Assembly: GCF_902652985.1 (NCBI RefSeq) | Contig: NC_047018.1 | Span: forward strand, 34,286,001 to 34,350,000 | Length of the DNA stretch: 64,000 nucleotides | Direction: 5' to 3' | Origin: Pecten maximus | Lineage: Eukaryota | Part shown: piece by piece, positions 1 through 11,960 of the stretch | Layout of the letters: each line of letters starts with the position of its first letter | How positions within the stretch are numbered: the stretch's first letter is position 1 | Notes under the pieces: generated by a model | Told to the model about the DNA's origin: nothing | Databases searched by the model: none | Seen by the model: only the letters and a program-made list of their open reading frames with translations | Translations under genes and position numbers: made by a program

Positions 1-2139
1 GTGGCAGGTTTTTTGACATTAGACAATTTAGGTTTGGTCCTGTTTACAGATCTCCCCTCACAAACAAAGGAAAAAACTTTGAAGTTGTGGCCGTTACAAG
101 GATTTTCTAAGCAAGAACAACTGATGTCACGGTATTGGATTTGTCCATGACCTGTAGTCACAACCTGATGAAGTCTCATTGTACCAGGTACTGTTTTCAA
201 ACTGATCATCTTCAGTCTCACGTCAATTTCATTTATGTCCTCTTGGTGTATGATATACAGATGAACAGATGTGTTAGCTTCTTGAAGACTGGTAGCAAAG
301 GTTTTGGCATTCATAATATCTGTTCCATTGCGAACACATCGATCAGCTTCCCTTTTCAATGCACCGCCAATGCCATCTGGTATACCTTTCCCATGGCCAG
401 CTTCATGAAAGTTCCAGGTCGCAGCAGTAAAACCTAGTTCAAAAATCTCTGTGGACAAAAGGTAGAAGTTTGCTTTTTGTCGATATTGAGATGTAGGGCC
501 ATCGCTGAATATATGGACATGATCGACTGAGGGATTCTTGTCTCTGATTTCTCTTAGGACTGGTGTCATAAATGCCCAGATAGAAGCTGGATCATGTTGC
601 AGAGAATCTGAAACTCCACTGAAGGTAACCAAACTTCCATGTGTTCCAATAGTGTAATAACCTGTGTGTAAGGTTATTTGGGGCTGGGAAGCTCCAAAGT
701 GCATGCTTTGTATTTCAGTGCTCATTTTCCGACATAATTTTCGGCAAAGTCTACATGGATGAAACATTCTTGATTGGAAAGTGACTCTTTCACAGATTTG
801 TAAAACTTTAGCTGGTTGCAAATATTAAAGCTGTGTCGTCTGTAGATCAACCACATCTGGTCATGGAACTTGTCCACTAATGTACCTGCTGTTCCACTTT
901 CTTCTTCTTTAACCGTCAATGTCACACTTTTCTTTTCACCACCTTTGAGAACTCTGTCTTCTTTTACTGTTTTCCATTGTTTCCAATGTAATATTTGATT
1001 TTGGTCTTTGACCTCGGTTTGTACTTGTTTTTGGTTGCAAATGTCACATTGGCCATACATGCATATTTTTTCTTTAGTTGAGCATACCACCTCTTCAAGC
1101 AGTTCATTAAGATGATCAGACTTAATGATTTTTGACTTGTATAATGCTTCTGCCAAAAACTTTACATTTTCACACTTTTTACAGCAACACGTGTCCCTAT
1201 CTACCTCAGTTGGCGGAACAATCCAAAATGGCCGAAGGTGACAGAATGTGGAATAGCCCATCTTGGTTTTATTCTCTGCAGTGTATTTTTTGTGCAAGTT
1301 CCATATTGTGTCATTTAAGAGTCGCTTTTGATGCTTGATTTTGTGTTTTGTCAGGGTACGTTTAGCACCAGTAGTTAGGCGGGAAACATCATCTCTCTGG
1401 AAAAAGTGATGGACATGGTTAGCAAGGCGTCGAGAGCGACTTCCCTTTGATTGACATGGTTTCTTTTGCCTTCCTATACCAAGGTGTTGAGCTACAAACG
1501 TTCTCAAATGATACTTTTTCAATATGTTTCCTGACAGAACTCTCCTCAATGCTTTTCTTTCGTTCCTTTTCCTACATGCTGACTTCAGCTGCTGAACCAA
1601 CACGTTATGAAATAATAATGCTTTTCTAATCGTTTTAGTTGATCCTCGCATCTGTTTCCTAGTTTTGGAACGCGGTGTACTTGGTGTGTCTTCTGTTTTT
1701 TTATCCTTTATCCTCATCCATCTTTTCCTGTACATATCTGTTTTTCTCTCTGATGCGTTCAGTTTTGAGCTAAGTGTTGCATTATCCCTGTAACATTTAC
1801 TTTGCCTTCTTTTTATCTTCCTTTTGCTGTAAGTCTGTTGTCTTGAAGTTGTGGCCTGTGCAGGTGATGATTGCTGCTCTGGTGAGTTGGGGGTGTTATC
1901 AATGTTTCCATGTTTGTTTTTTTCTTTCTCAAACTTTTTTTGCTTTTTCTCCAGTATTTCCTCTGAGCTCGTTGTTCTCTTCTGCTCATACTACCTATCA
2001 CTTTCCGCTTCCCCAACGTCTTATCATCATCATACTTCTGTTTTGATTTTGCAAGATAAGCTTCACGTCGAATTGGATCCCTGTCTCTTTTTGCTCTGTA
2101 TCGTTTTTGCTTTTCAGCTGGTGTCAATGCCATTTTCAT
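1..2139 (-). pseudogene. Transposase with DFAENY / SDG / HGKGxxDGIGG motifs, split by two 1-nt frameshifts; 3' end outside the window
   Basis: ORFs 1813-2151 and 722-1735 plus an unlisted open frame from ~724 to 1 join into one protein: basic N-terminus, CCCKKC, DFAENY, EIQSMHF, QITLHTG, FSDGPTSQYRQK, WNFHEAGHGKGIPDGIGGALKR. Frameshifts at ~1888 and ~725. A probable 5'UTR intron spans ~2140-3057 (GTAAGT...TTTCAG). Confidence 0.8.
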
Positions 2140-3601
2140 CTGAAACAACAATTACAGTTTATAAAATTTCAACATACTAAGCTAGATTTATAAATGTAAC
2201 ATTTATCATCCGAATAGTCTATAAAGTCAATGATATGTCTATTGATACAAGTTTATGTCCATGGTGTTACCAAAAGATTGAGTTCATATGAATAATATTT
2301 CGGATAAGAGTGATGTACCACTTAAGTTGTGAGAAACATTTACAAGTTACTGTTCATGTATTTCAATAACACTGCATTTAAAGTGGCAGTTATGTCTCGG
2401 TATGTTAATTCTGTAATCATTGTCTGTTTGTGTCCATGATGTTACTTTGAAAGGTAAATCATAACATTACTCATTACATTTTGTTTTAATTGAATTTAAA
2501 GACTCGGGGAAATTTTTAAGAAACATTGTGACCAATAGCCTTTATCTCAGTAAATCAACAGATATACACTATTTATACAATAACAAGTCAACATAGCCAA
2601 TATGTCCTTGATGTTACATACTGTGTCCCTAATGTTACTATTTACCCTACACCCAAGCATTATGAAATGATTTTTACCAAACAGGAATGAATTTTCCCAA
2701 AAATTTTGATTTATTTCGATTTAGCATACACCACAAATATTTTGAAGATAATATTTATAACTAAATAGAAACATTAAATAATTACACTATATTGTCCATG
2801 ATGTCACCATTCCATGTCCCTCCTGTTACTTTTTCAGAGGTAACACCAGGGACAGTAACAGCAGGGACAAATTCTTATCAATACTACAATTTCAAAAAAA
2901 TGGTGGATCCCTTTCTGTGATGATCAAATGGATAGATTAATGCATTCATATTGCAGCAATGTACAATGAGTATTTTAAAAAATCTGGCAGATCATTTATT
3001 CAGAAAATTAGTAACATCATGGACTGACTAAAAAGTTATGAAGTAGTGAGTACTTACCTAGGTTGTGTTAGCAGGGAAGCCAGAGACACATCTCAAAAGC
3101 ACATGGCGGGATCTACTTAACAGGAAGTATAATTAACAGGAAGTGAATCTTTTTATGCTGGGGGATCATTCATTAATTATTTTTGACCATGTAACTACAT
3201 TGGTAACATCAGGGACATGATATAGTGGACAGTCAAAATATTTTATTTTTCAGTTTTTTTTTAGTTTCTTTTTTTTTCTTCTGTTCTGTAATTATTTTGA
3301 GGAACTATGTATCTCCAAAATCCCATAAAGTTTTAAAATATATTTTATTAAGAATATGTCATATTACTACGGTGAAAAATGAAATGATGTCGACGGACAC
3401 CGACTTTCTAACAAATGCAACATTTCAACCTTATGAAAAGTATATCTTTTATCAAAATAAATTTCAAAAGTAAATGTTTTTACTTACATTGGTATCTAAT
3501 TAAACTTCTAATGAACACTTAGGTCATCTAGCATGCTTATTATTTTAAGGCTGCATACAAAAGTAGCTAGGACAGCAATTGTCCATTTTTTTAGAATGAC
3601 C
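1..3601 (-). mobile_element. Autonomous-type DNA transposon, Sola-like (tentatively Sola2), truncated by the window start
   Basis: Carries a transposase on the - strand and about 10 copies of a 15-bp subterminal motif (TGTCCMTGATGTTAC, both orientations, 2256-3217). The end is placed at ~3601, where sequence switches abruptly into the right half of the MITE seen intact at 5089-5542. Confidence 0.7.
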
Positions 3602-3803
3602 TATATAATCCACGTTGGTGACACATTTTGACAGCTATCTCCAGAAAATGCCCAACATGCTGGGTTGAAACTTTTATATTTTGCTTCTCAGATGTTGGTC
3701 TTGGCCAGGTGAGATGGAAAGTTGCATATGAGATGTTGGGAATTTATTATGAATTTTAATGTTACAATGAAACATATAGCGAAGCTAATTGTGGTCTTAG
3801 TCC
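3602..3803. mobile_element. Right half of a MITE, interrupted by the Sola-like element
   Basis: Appears identical to 5341-5542 and ends in the TIR TAATTGTGGTCTTAGTCC. Confidence 0.75.
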
Positions 3804-5088
3804 TATATGATAGGCCCTGAAATACATGTTTTTTATTTGACAAATCCACATTTTTTGGCCGATTCTCTTAAAATTTGACATGCTTGTTGACAGTTATATT
3901 TGTGATTAGTTAGTAAAGCTATTTTTCAAATTTAAAATGAATTTAACTTCAAATTAGATTTTAAAATGATTTTTTATGTTATTTTTTTAGAATTTTTTAA
4001 TTATTTTTGTATTGTTTTATATTTAAATATTTGACATGGTCATGTATTCTATAGGGACTGATTGTTAGATTTGAAAATTTAAAACATATTTATTTTAATT
4101 TTTTTAATTGATTTGAGGGTATTAGCTATTTATCCAGAGACACAACATTCCCGACCACCGCCACGGGGAGGCTCCCTCTTTAGGTAGTCATATATATTTG
4201 TATATGTAACTTTTTTGTTGTTGTTACGCATTTGTTTTTGAATTTTGAATTCAATGTCTTATTTTCAGGTTTCCCACTGTATCTTAAACAGTTTGTTTTG
4301 GCTTTTCAACATTGATGATCCTGAAGCTGATTGTCTCCCCTGCATTTGCTGGATCTAGCTGTCCTCTCCTGTAGTTAGACTTCAGAGCAGACTTGGACCT
4401 CTCGCATGATCTTTGTGCTGTTCTACTAGTAGCGATAGAGTTCTCTTTTTCATTTTAGGTTTATACTTTGCTGTATAGTTCTTCTGAGCTCAGTTGAACC
4501 AGCTTATGCTTCACTTCCCTCCACCCCTCTTCTCTGCCTATGGCTGGACAGCGTAACAGTAATTGTAAACAAGTGCTGGCTAGTGTGTCTATTGGTGGTA
4601 ACTCACTGTGGTTGGTCACTGCAAGTCTTCATTGTTGCATTTAGATTATTTCATGTCCTTATGAGACCTGATTAATGCTTTGAAACAGTTATGATATCCG
4701 TCTGATAACAAAATTAAAATATTTTAAAGCAAAATTTTAAATTCTTTAAAAATTAAAGTTAAAATTTGAAATTGGGAGCAAACTATATATAGTTATATGC
4801 CGGGAATATCAAAGTTTCTAAACCAGTTTACAGAATTGAAATATCTCAATTATTCAAAAAAACTGTTTCATTTTATCTATCACGTGATATCAGAAATATA
4901 CATAGTAGCTGTATGTAGAATTGTGTCTTGATTTTCAGTGTCAATAGGGTGTTTTTAGATCTCTGTAATTCCTGTTTTATGTGTCATAGAGTAATTCTGT
5001 TTTCACAGCATGATTTCAAATAGCTCAAAGTTTATGAAAATAATTATTTTAAGTTTTTGACAAAAATAGTGTCCTATAATATATATAT

Positions 5089-5542
5089 GGACTAAGACCA
5101 CAATTAAGTACTTCCGGGTTCAGGCCCCACGAATGAAGTCCCCTCAAAAATGTATGTATTTCAGGAAAACCAATCAAATGCCTCTTTGAACTTGATTTCT
5201 GTTGATGAATTTAATGTGGATTTATAGCAGAGATGTCAATCTATGTTTTGTGATGTAAAATAATAATATTGATCATTTATTATGTGCTCCAGGACCCTGT
5301 GTGATGAGTCTTGATTTGACCTCTACCCCTGACCCGGATGTATATAATCCACGTTGGTGACACATTTTGACAGCTATCTCCAGAAAATGCCCAACATGCT
5401 GGGTTGAAACTTTTATATTTTGCTTCTCAGATGTTGGTCTTGGCCAGGTGAGATGGAAAGTTGCATATGAGATGTTGGGAATTTATTATGAATTTTAATG
5501 TTACAATGAAACATATAGCGAAGCTAATTGTGGTCTTAGTCC
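5089..5542. mobile_element. Non-autonomous DNA transposon (MITE), ~450 bp
   Basis: 18-bp TIRs GGACTAAGACCACAATTA / TAATTGTGGTCTTAGTCC in (TA)n flanks. Confidence 0.75.
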
Positions 5543-6195
5543 ATATATCCAAAAAATGAAGTCACGTTGAATCTCGGATAATCTCGCGATTGACCTACGT
5601 GACCTTTCCAGCCCTATTTAATGTTAGTGTGATCTGAATGTATAGCTATAACTTACTTAATTTTGAAATTGATGATATCAAATCATCAATTTCAAAATTA
5701 TAACACTTTTTTTTTAATCTGCAGCATCTGTCAGGGGAAAATGTAGTTCGAATGCCCAACTGGATGAACTGTACATGTAGCAGCATTGAAACATATCTTA
5801 GTTAGCAAAGATGCAAGAGGTTGTGGCTCTAAAAGCTAGAATTAGAGGCAATGTTTGTTTAGTGCAAGATCTCGACCACATTTCATTTATTTTATCCTAT
5901 TGGGTTTATTTGGTATGGCAACGTTATGACCAATCAGCTAATAAAAACAGAATGATGTCTAAAAACTACGTTAGATATAGGTCGGTTCTTATTTCTATTC
6001 AATTTTTCTGTACACTATATTTTCGTGAATTCATTAACAATCTTGATTTGAGATATGAAATGTGCATTTCCAAAAAAAAAGACTTTTTTTTAAAATGAAA
6101 TTCATGTGTATCAGGTGTTTTAATCTAGATTAAAATGTCAAATCATAAAATAATACAAATTAAAGTGTTGATATCCCATTTAATTAGGCATTTAT

Positions 6196-7119
6196 CCAGA
6201 GACATATATACAGAGATTGGCAGCTCTCTATTTGCCCTTGTGTTTACATAGTGGCCCCTGACCTTCCCACAATCCTTTGCGGTCGCTCGGTTCAGTCTTC
6301 ACCAGACGCCATATTGGAGAAAACTTGAAAACCAGACACATAATTATCGATAATTTCTATTTGAAATCATCACCGAGATCCATTTATGTGCTTTAATTTT
6401 ATTAATATCAAAGTGCAGAAGTGTCAACAATATGAAATATATCACAATTTGTTGTCCAAGTGTTTGTATTTTGAGTATGAAAGTCAAGCACAACGCAGGA
6501 AAGATCGGCGGGAATCTCCAATTTTCGAAAAGTCCCTGGGGTTTTCGAGAATACGGATAAATGACAACAATGTGCATGATAATCAAGACCACATTCCATA
6601 AGTATGATAGTTTTTGGTTAATGTGGTAACTTTTGTAGTGGCCTAAATAAAACGATGTGCTTTTTGTGTGCATTTAAAATTGACGATGTTTTGGTCTGAC
6701 GTAATGGCGGCTTAATTACAAACTTGGACATGTCGAATAGGACCCAATGGATTTTCGAAAATACGGATTAATGACAACAATATGCATGATCAATAAGACT
6801 ATATCCTATAAGTTTGATAGTTTTTGGTTAATGTGGTAACATTTGTAGTGGCCAAAATAAAACGATGTGCTTTCTGTGTGTATTTAAAATGACGATGTTT
6901 TGGTCTGACGTAATGGCGGATTAACCAGAACATGTCGAATAAGTTCCAATACTACGATACACACATGCGCAAAGCCCGATTTACCTGCGCTCGCGTGTGT
7001 TTGATAGGAGACGGGACGCTCTCGATAAGGGATATTCTTGAGTGGTCACGAATAAAGGGAGCCACTACGTGTACGGGGAAATAGCGATGTTACTAATCTC
7101 TCTGTATATATGTCTCTGG
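6196..7119. mobile_element. Non-autonomous TIR element with an internal ~200-bp direct duplication
   Basis: 21-bp perfect TIRs CCAGAGACATATATACAGAGA / TCTCTGTATATATGTCTCTGG. Segment ~6540-6735 is repeated at ~6750-6940. No TSD is evident. Confidence 0.7.
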
Positions 7120-7407
7120 CTCTATACATTATTTATCTCTAGTTATTGACACGAGTAATATGAGTCATAAGTGATGCTTTGACCTTAATCCAATTACATC
7201 TTTCAGATTTGTTATCTAAAACTGATACGGAGGTTGAGTCTCGTAAATAGCATTGAAATTAAACTTTGATACACACGTGCGTGTACAACGACCCGGAAGT
7301 AGGTGGTCTGAGGCCAAAGTATAATTGTGGTCTGAGGCATATAGGTATATAGGTCTCTGCTGAGGCCAACTACGCCTGAATAGAAAACATCATAATTAAT
7401 TGAAAAC

Positions 7408-8657
7408 ATGGATGGACCAACATTTTTCTACCACGCAACTTCAGCAGGAAATGAAGCTCTGATAAAACAAACAAATATCCTGATGCCACATCGATACAAT
7501 CCACCCGAAGACTGGATGATGATGGTTAGTAATGAACAGCGCCATCTGGTACCTAATGGGGTGTGGTTCTGTGCCACGCTCTATGATGGGGATCTGCCAA
7601 CGATTTCTCCGCTTGGTACTAGACGGGTGAGGATTGATATAGCAAACGTCATAAAGCAACTTGGAGGAAATGTGAAACTGTATGCAAGAGTAACTAATCA
7701 AAAAGTTGGAGACAACTTCTATACCAGGTTGATGCTCGTGAAAGAAGGAGAAAATTTTGAAATTTTGAATCACATGTCTCAGCTGGATATTGCCGAAAAT
7801 CAGTGGTTAACACTGACTGGTGAATACAGAGTTGCGCGTAGACCAATCTGGGTGTATATCTACATCCCGTACCAGATCGATGTCAGTAACTGTGACTGGG
7901 ATGAGGTGAGGTATGTATATACAACATATTAGAGGTGACAGAAGGCTGACAAATTATATATTTGTTTTAATGTCTTCGCTAGGTATCAAACCTCTGCATG
8001 GCTTATAATTTAGACTTCCGCTTAACCAATCAAGATAAAGAGAAGTTAATTCACTGTAGCCGAACAGTATATAATTTATTATTGCAACTGATTATATAAT
8101 TTACCAGGTTTGATTACACTAAATCTCGGGATGCTCCAATTTGAAGTGAATTGATCAGACTGCTGTCTTCACAGAATCTCGATGAGTTCTACAATTTTTA
8201 ACAGCTTGAAAAAACAGAAATCATGTATTTGTCTGTGGTCCCAAGATTAACGATTAAAATGAATGTCTTCACTATATGCCAATGTGATTTAAGTGATAGT
8301 TATATTGTATTATTATAATCTATATCTGAATCTCATATTCTGGTTATGTAAAGGTGTTCAATATAGCTATTCATGCACATATACTGGTATAAATAACAAT
8401 TTCTTTGTTACAGATACGTGCCAAGGGTTGTTCATCCCAGAGGCGAGGATGAGACCACAGGCGAGGATCAGACCACAGGCAAGGATCAGACCACAGGCAA
8501 GGATCAGACCACAGGCGAGGATCAGACCACAGGCAAGGATCAGACCACAGGCGAGGATCAGACCACAGGCGAGGATCAGACCACAGGCAAGGATCAGACC
8601 ACAGGCGAGGATCAGACCACAGGCGAGGATCAGACCACAGGCGAGGATGAGACCTGA
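7408..8657 (+). CDS. PHYHIP C-terminal-like domain protein (possible ADP-ribosyltransferase fold) with an acidic GEDQTT-repeat tail; exons 7408-7910 and 8414-8657
   Basis: The 174-aa ORF contains GVWFCAT..GDLPTISPLGTRRVRI, YTRLML and LDIAENQWLT, resembling PHYHIP-C motifs as I recall them (GxFFSC..GQPPQDSPYGRxRF, LDIACNKFLT). Donor AG|GTATGT at 7910 and acceptor TTCTTTGTTACAG| at 8413 are phase-compatible and join to ORF 8418-8657. Confidence 0.65.
8440..8654 (+). repeat. 18-bp tandem repeat, ~12 copies, probably coding
   Basis: (GGC RAG GAT CAG ACC ACA)n encodes G-E/K-D-Q-T-T. Confidence 0.95.
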
Positions 8658-9800
8658 CCTACACAAATACACAATTTGTCATCGCCATTATATTATGGTA
8701 TGAAGGAACAGCATCAGTCTTCTATATTTGCCTATTCATCCAGAATCAACATATTTGTTAAAAAGTTTTAAAATACTTTGAATGAGCAGCAAAAGGTCTA
8801 GTTATAGATATATATATATATAATTAGGCCTGCAGCATTCTGGTATGAAAATCTAACATGTTTATTCAAATGATTGACCTTGACTAATGATTAACTTTCA
8901 ATGTCACTTGGGTCTTGCCAACATATTTATATTATAGATATATATATATATATATATACATGTATATGATGTTTATGATTATATCTATTTGCTTAATTAT
9001 ACTTAATCTATATGTACAACAGTTAAAGTATGTAGACTTATTATCATCTGTGGAATCTACATCAAATATTTTATCTATCTATACAGACCTACACCTAATA
9101 CTTTCTTAATATACATTTATATATTATATTCACATTTAATTTATTTTGTTATATTTCATGACAAGTGTGTGATTTAAAAAAAAAAAAATTTCAATGAATG
9201 ATTTTTTTTCTGTAAAGGAGCAGAAAGAAGTTAATGAAGTTAATAGTGTGGAATGGAAGTTTTAAAATATTGCCAAATGATCTAAATATAATCATGCTTT
9301 CAGTTTTTTGCTAAATGCTGTGATAATCAAAGTGTACATGATAAGATGTAAAATACAATATATTTATTGCAATATCATTGTCTATTGTAACATTTCAGAA
9401 CCCAATCCTTTAAACCTAAGTTATCTGAGGATATGTTGTTAATTTTTTTATGTGTTTTAGAAGGTATGTTTACCTGAATTACTTGATGTACTGTTAATGA
9501 ATATTATAAACAAAAATTATACAAATTTATACACAATCATTATTGAGTTATTTGTAGTGAATTAATTTAACAGTTGTAAGGATGACATACATGTATATTC
9601 TAGTTATACTGTATTTACCGATGTCTTGATGACATATTGTGGCCTAATTCTTTGTTCAGTTGAATGTTTTTATTAACGCAAAGCATGTTTCATGGTATTG
9701 ATGTAAAAGTTCTTTCAGAAACTAGACAAATAACATTTAGGCTTCAGCTGCTAGAATGTGAAAATAAAGATAAAGAACATACCACATATTCCTCAATAAC

Positions 9801-11092
9801 TACCAGTTGATAGACTCATCTATAGCTGTAACCAGTTTATAGACTGACATCTATAGCTGTAACCAGTTGATAGACTCATCTATAGCTGTAACCAGTTTAT
9901 AGACTGACATCTATAGCTGTAACCAGTTTATAGACTGACATCTATAGCTGTAACCAATTTATAGACTGACATCTATAGCTGTAACCAGTTTATAGACTGA
10001 CATCTATAGCTGTAACCAGTTGATAGACTCATCTATAGCTGTAACCAGTTTATAGACTGACATCTATAGCTGTAACCAGTTGATAGACTCATCTATAGCT
10101 GTAACCAATTTATAGACTGACATCTATAGCTGTAACCAGTTGATAGACTCATCTATAGCTGTAACCAGTTTATAGACTCATCTATAGCTGTAACCAGCTT
10201 ATGGACTGACATCTATAGCTGTAACCAATTTATAGACTGATATCTATAGCTGTAACCAGTTTATAGACTGATATCTATAGCTGTAACCAGTTTATAGACT
10301 CATCTATAGCTGTAACCAGTTTATAGACTCATCTATAGCTGTAACCAGTTTATAGACTGACATCTATAGCTGTAACCAGTTTATAGACTGACATCTATAG
10401 CTGTAACCAGTTTATATAGACTGACATCTATAGCTGTAACCAGTTTATAGACTGACATTTATGGCTGTAACCAGTTGATAGACTGACATCTATAGCTGTA
10501 ACCAGTTTATAGACTGACATCTATAGCTGTAACCAGTTTATAGACTGACATCTATAGCTGTAACCAGTTTATAGACTGACATCTATAGATGTAACCAGTT
10601 TATAGACTGACATCTATAGCTGTTACCAGTTTATAGACTGACATCTATAGCTGTAACCAGTTTATAGACTGACATCTATAGCTGTAACCAGTTTATAGAC
10701 TGACATCTATAGCTGTGACCGATTTATAGGCTGACATCTATAGCTGTAACCAGTTTATAGACTGACATCTATAGCTATAACCAGTTTATAGACTGACATC
10801 TATAGCTGTAACCAGTTTATAGACTGACATCTATAGCTGTTACCAGTTTATAGACTGACATCTATAGCTGTAACCAGTTTATAGACTGACATCTATAGCT
10901 GTTACCAGTTTATAGACTGACATCTATAGCTGTTACCAGTTTATAGACTGACATCTATAGCTGTAACCAGTCTATAGACTGATATCTATAGCTGTTACCA
11001 GTTTATAGACTGACATCTATAGCTGTAACCAGTTTATATAGACTGACATCTATAGCTGTGACCAGTCTATAGACTGATATCTAAAGCTATAA
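9801..11092. repeat. 30-31 bp minisatellite, ~42 copies
   Basis: Unit TATAGCTGTAACCAGTTTATAGACTGACATC, with a 30-bp variant. Confidence 0.97.
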
Positions 11093-11464
11093 TCATTTAA
11101 AAATGATATCCAGACGACAAATTTTTGTTGATTTCTTGTGCAATATTTATTTTTGTGATAATTTGTTGTCTCTTCTATTTTGGACATTTTTACCACAGCA
11201 TGAATCAAAACTGTTTTATCAGTAAAATTAATTCCTTTGTTGTAATTTAATTCTTTTGTTTTATTTTAATTCTTTTGTTGTATTTTAATTCATTCGTTGT
11301 ATTTTGTCTACACAATTTGTAATTTATTCTATACACAATAAAAACTAGCATATTCATGCATGTGTTTGGTGTGTCATTCACCCCAGGCCTAATTAGAACC
11401 ATGTAATATACTCCTGCTTTTTTAAATCTCTACTAGTCCTGATCGCTTGAATGGATTTCACACG

Positions 11465-11960
11465 AATTGTCATAGCGGGTTGTCTGTGTAAATGTTGATC
11501 CCACACACGAGTTGTCATTTGGGATCGTTTGTGAAAATGTTGATCCCACACACGAGTTCTCATTTGTGATTGTCTGTCTAAATGTTGATGCCACAGACGA
11601 GTTCTCATTTAGGATTGTTTTCGTAAATGTTGATCCCAAAGACGAGTTATTTTGGATTGTCAGTGTAGATGTTGATCCTACACAGGAGTTATCATTTTGG
11701 ATTGTCTGTCTAAATGTTTATCCCACAGACGAGTTATCATTTGGGATTGTCTGCGTAAATGTTGATGCCACAGACGAGTTATTATTTGGGATTGTCTGCG
11801 TAAATGTTGATGCCACAGACGAGTTGTTATTTGGGGTTGTTTGTGTAAATGTTGATCACACAGACGAGTTATCATTTGGGACAGTCTACTCATTAATGTT
11901 GACCCCAGACAAGTTAGCTTTAAGGATTGTATGTCTGAATGTTGACCCCTCAGATGAGTT
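11465..11960. repeat. 45-bp degenerate tandem repeat, ~11 copies
   Basis: Unit ~AATGTTGATCCCACAGACGAGTTATCATTTGGGATTGTCTGTGTA. Confidence 0.9.

Noticed and set aside
3805-5088. Possible further element between the two MITE copies
   Set aside because: Terminal similarity is too weak and there is no ORF.
8293-8703. RPQARI-repeat ORF and antisense GLILAC ORF
   Set aside because: Alternative frames of the 18-bp repeat; only the GEDQTT frame fits the splice phase.
9801-11092. CRISPR-like look of the ~31-bp palindromic repeats
   Set aside because: Units abut with no unique spacers, no cas genes are present, and the context is eukaryotic.
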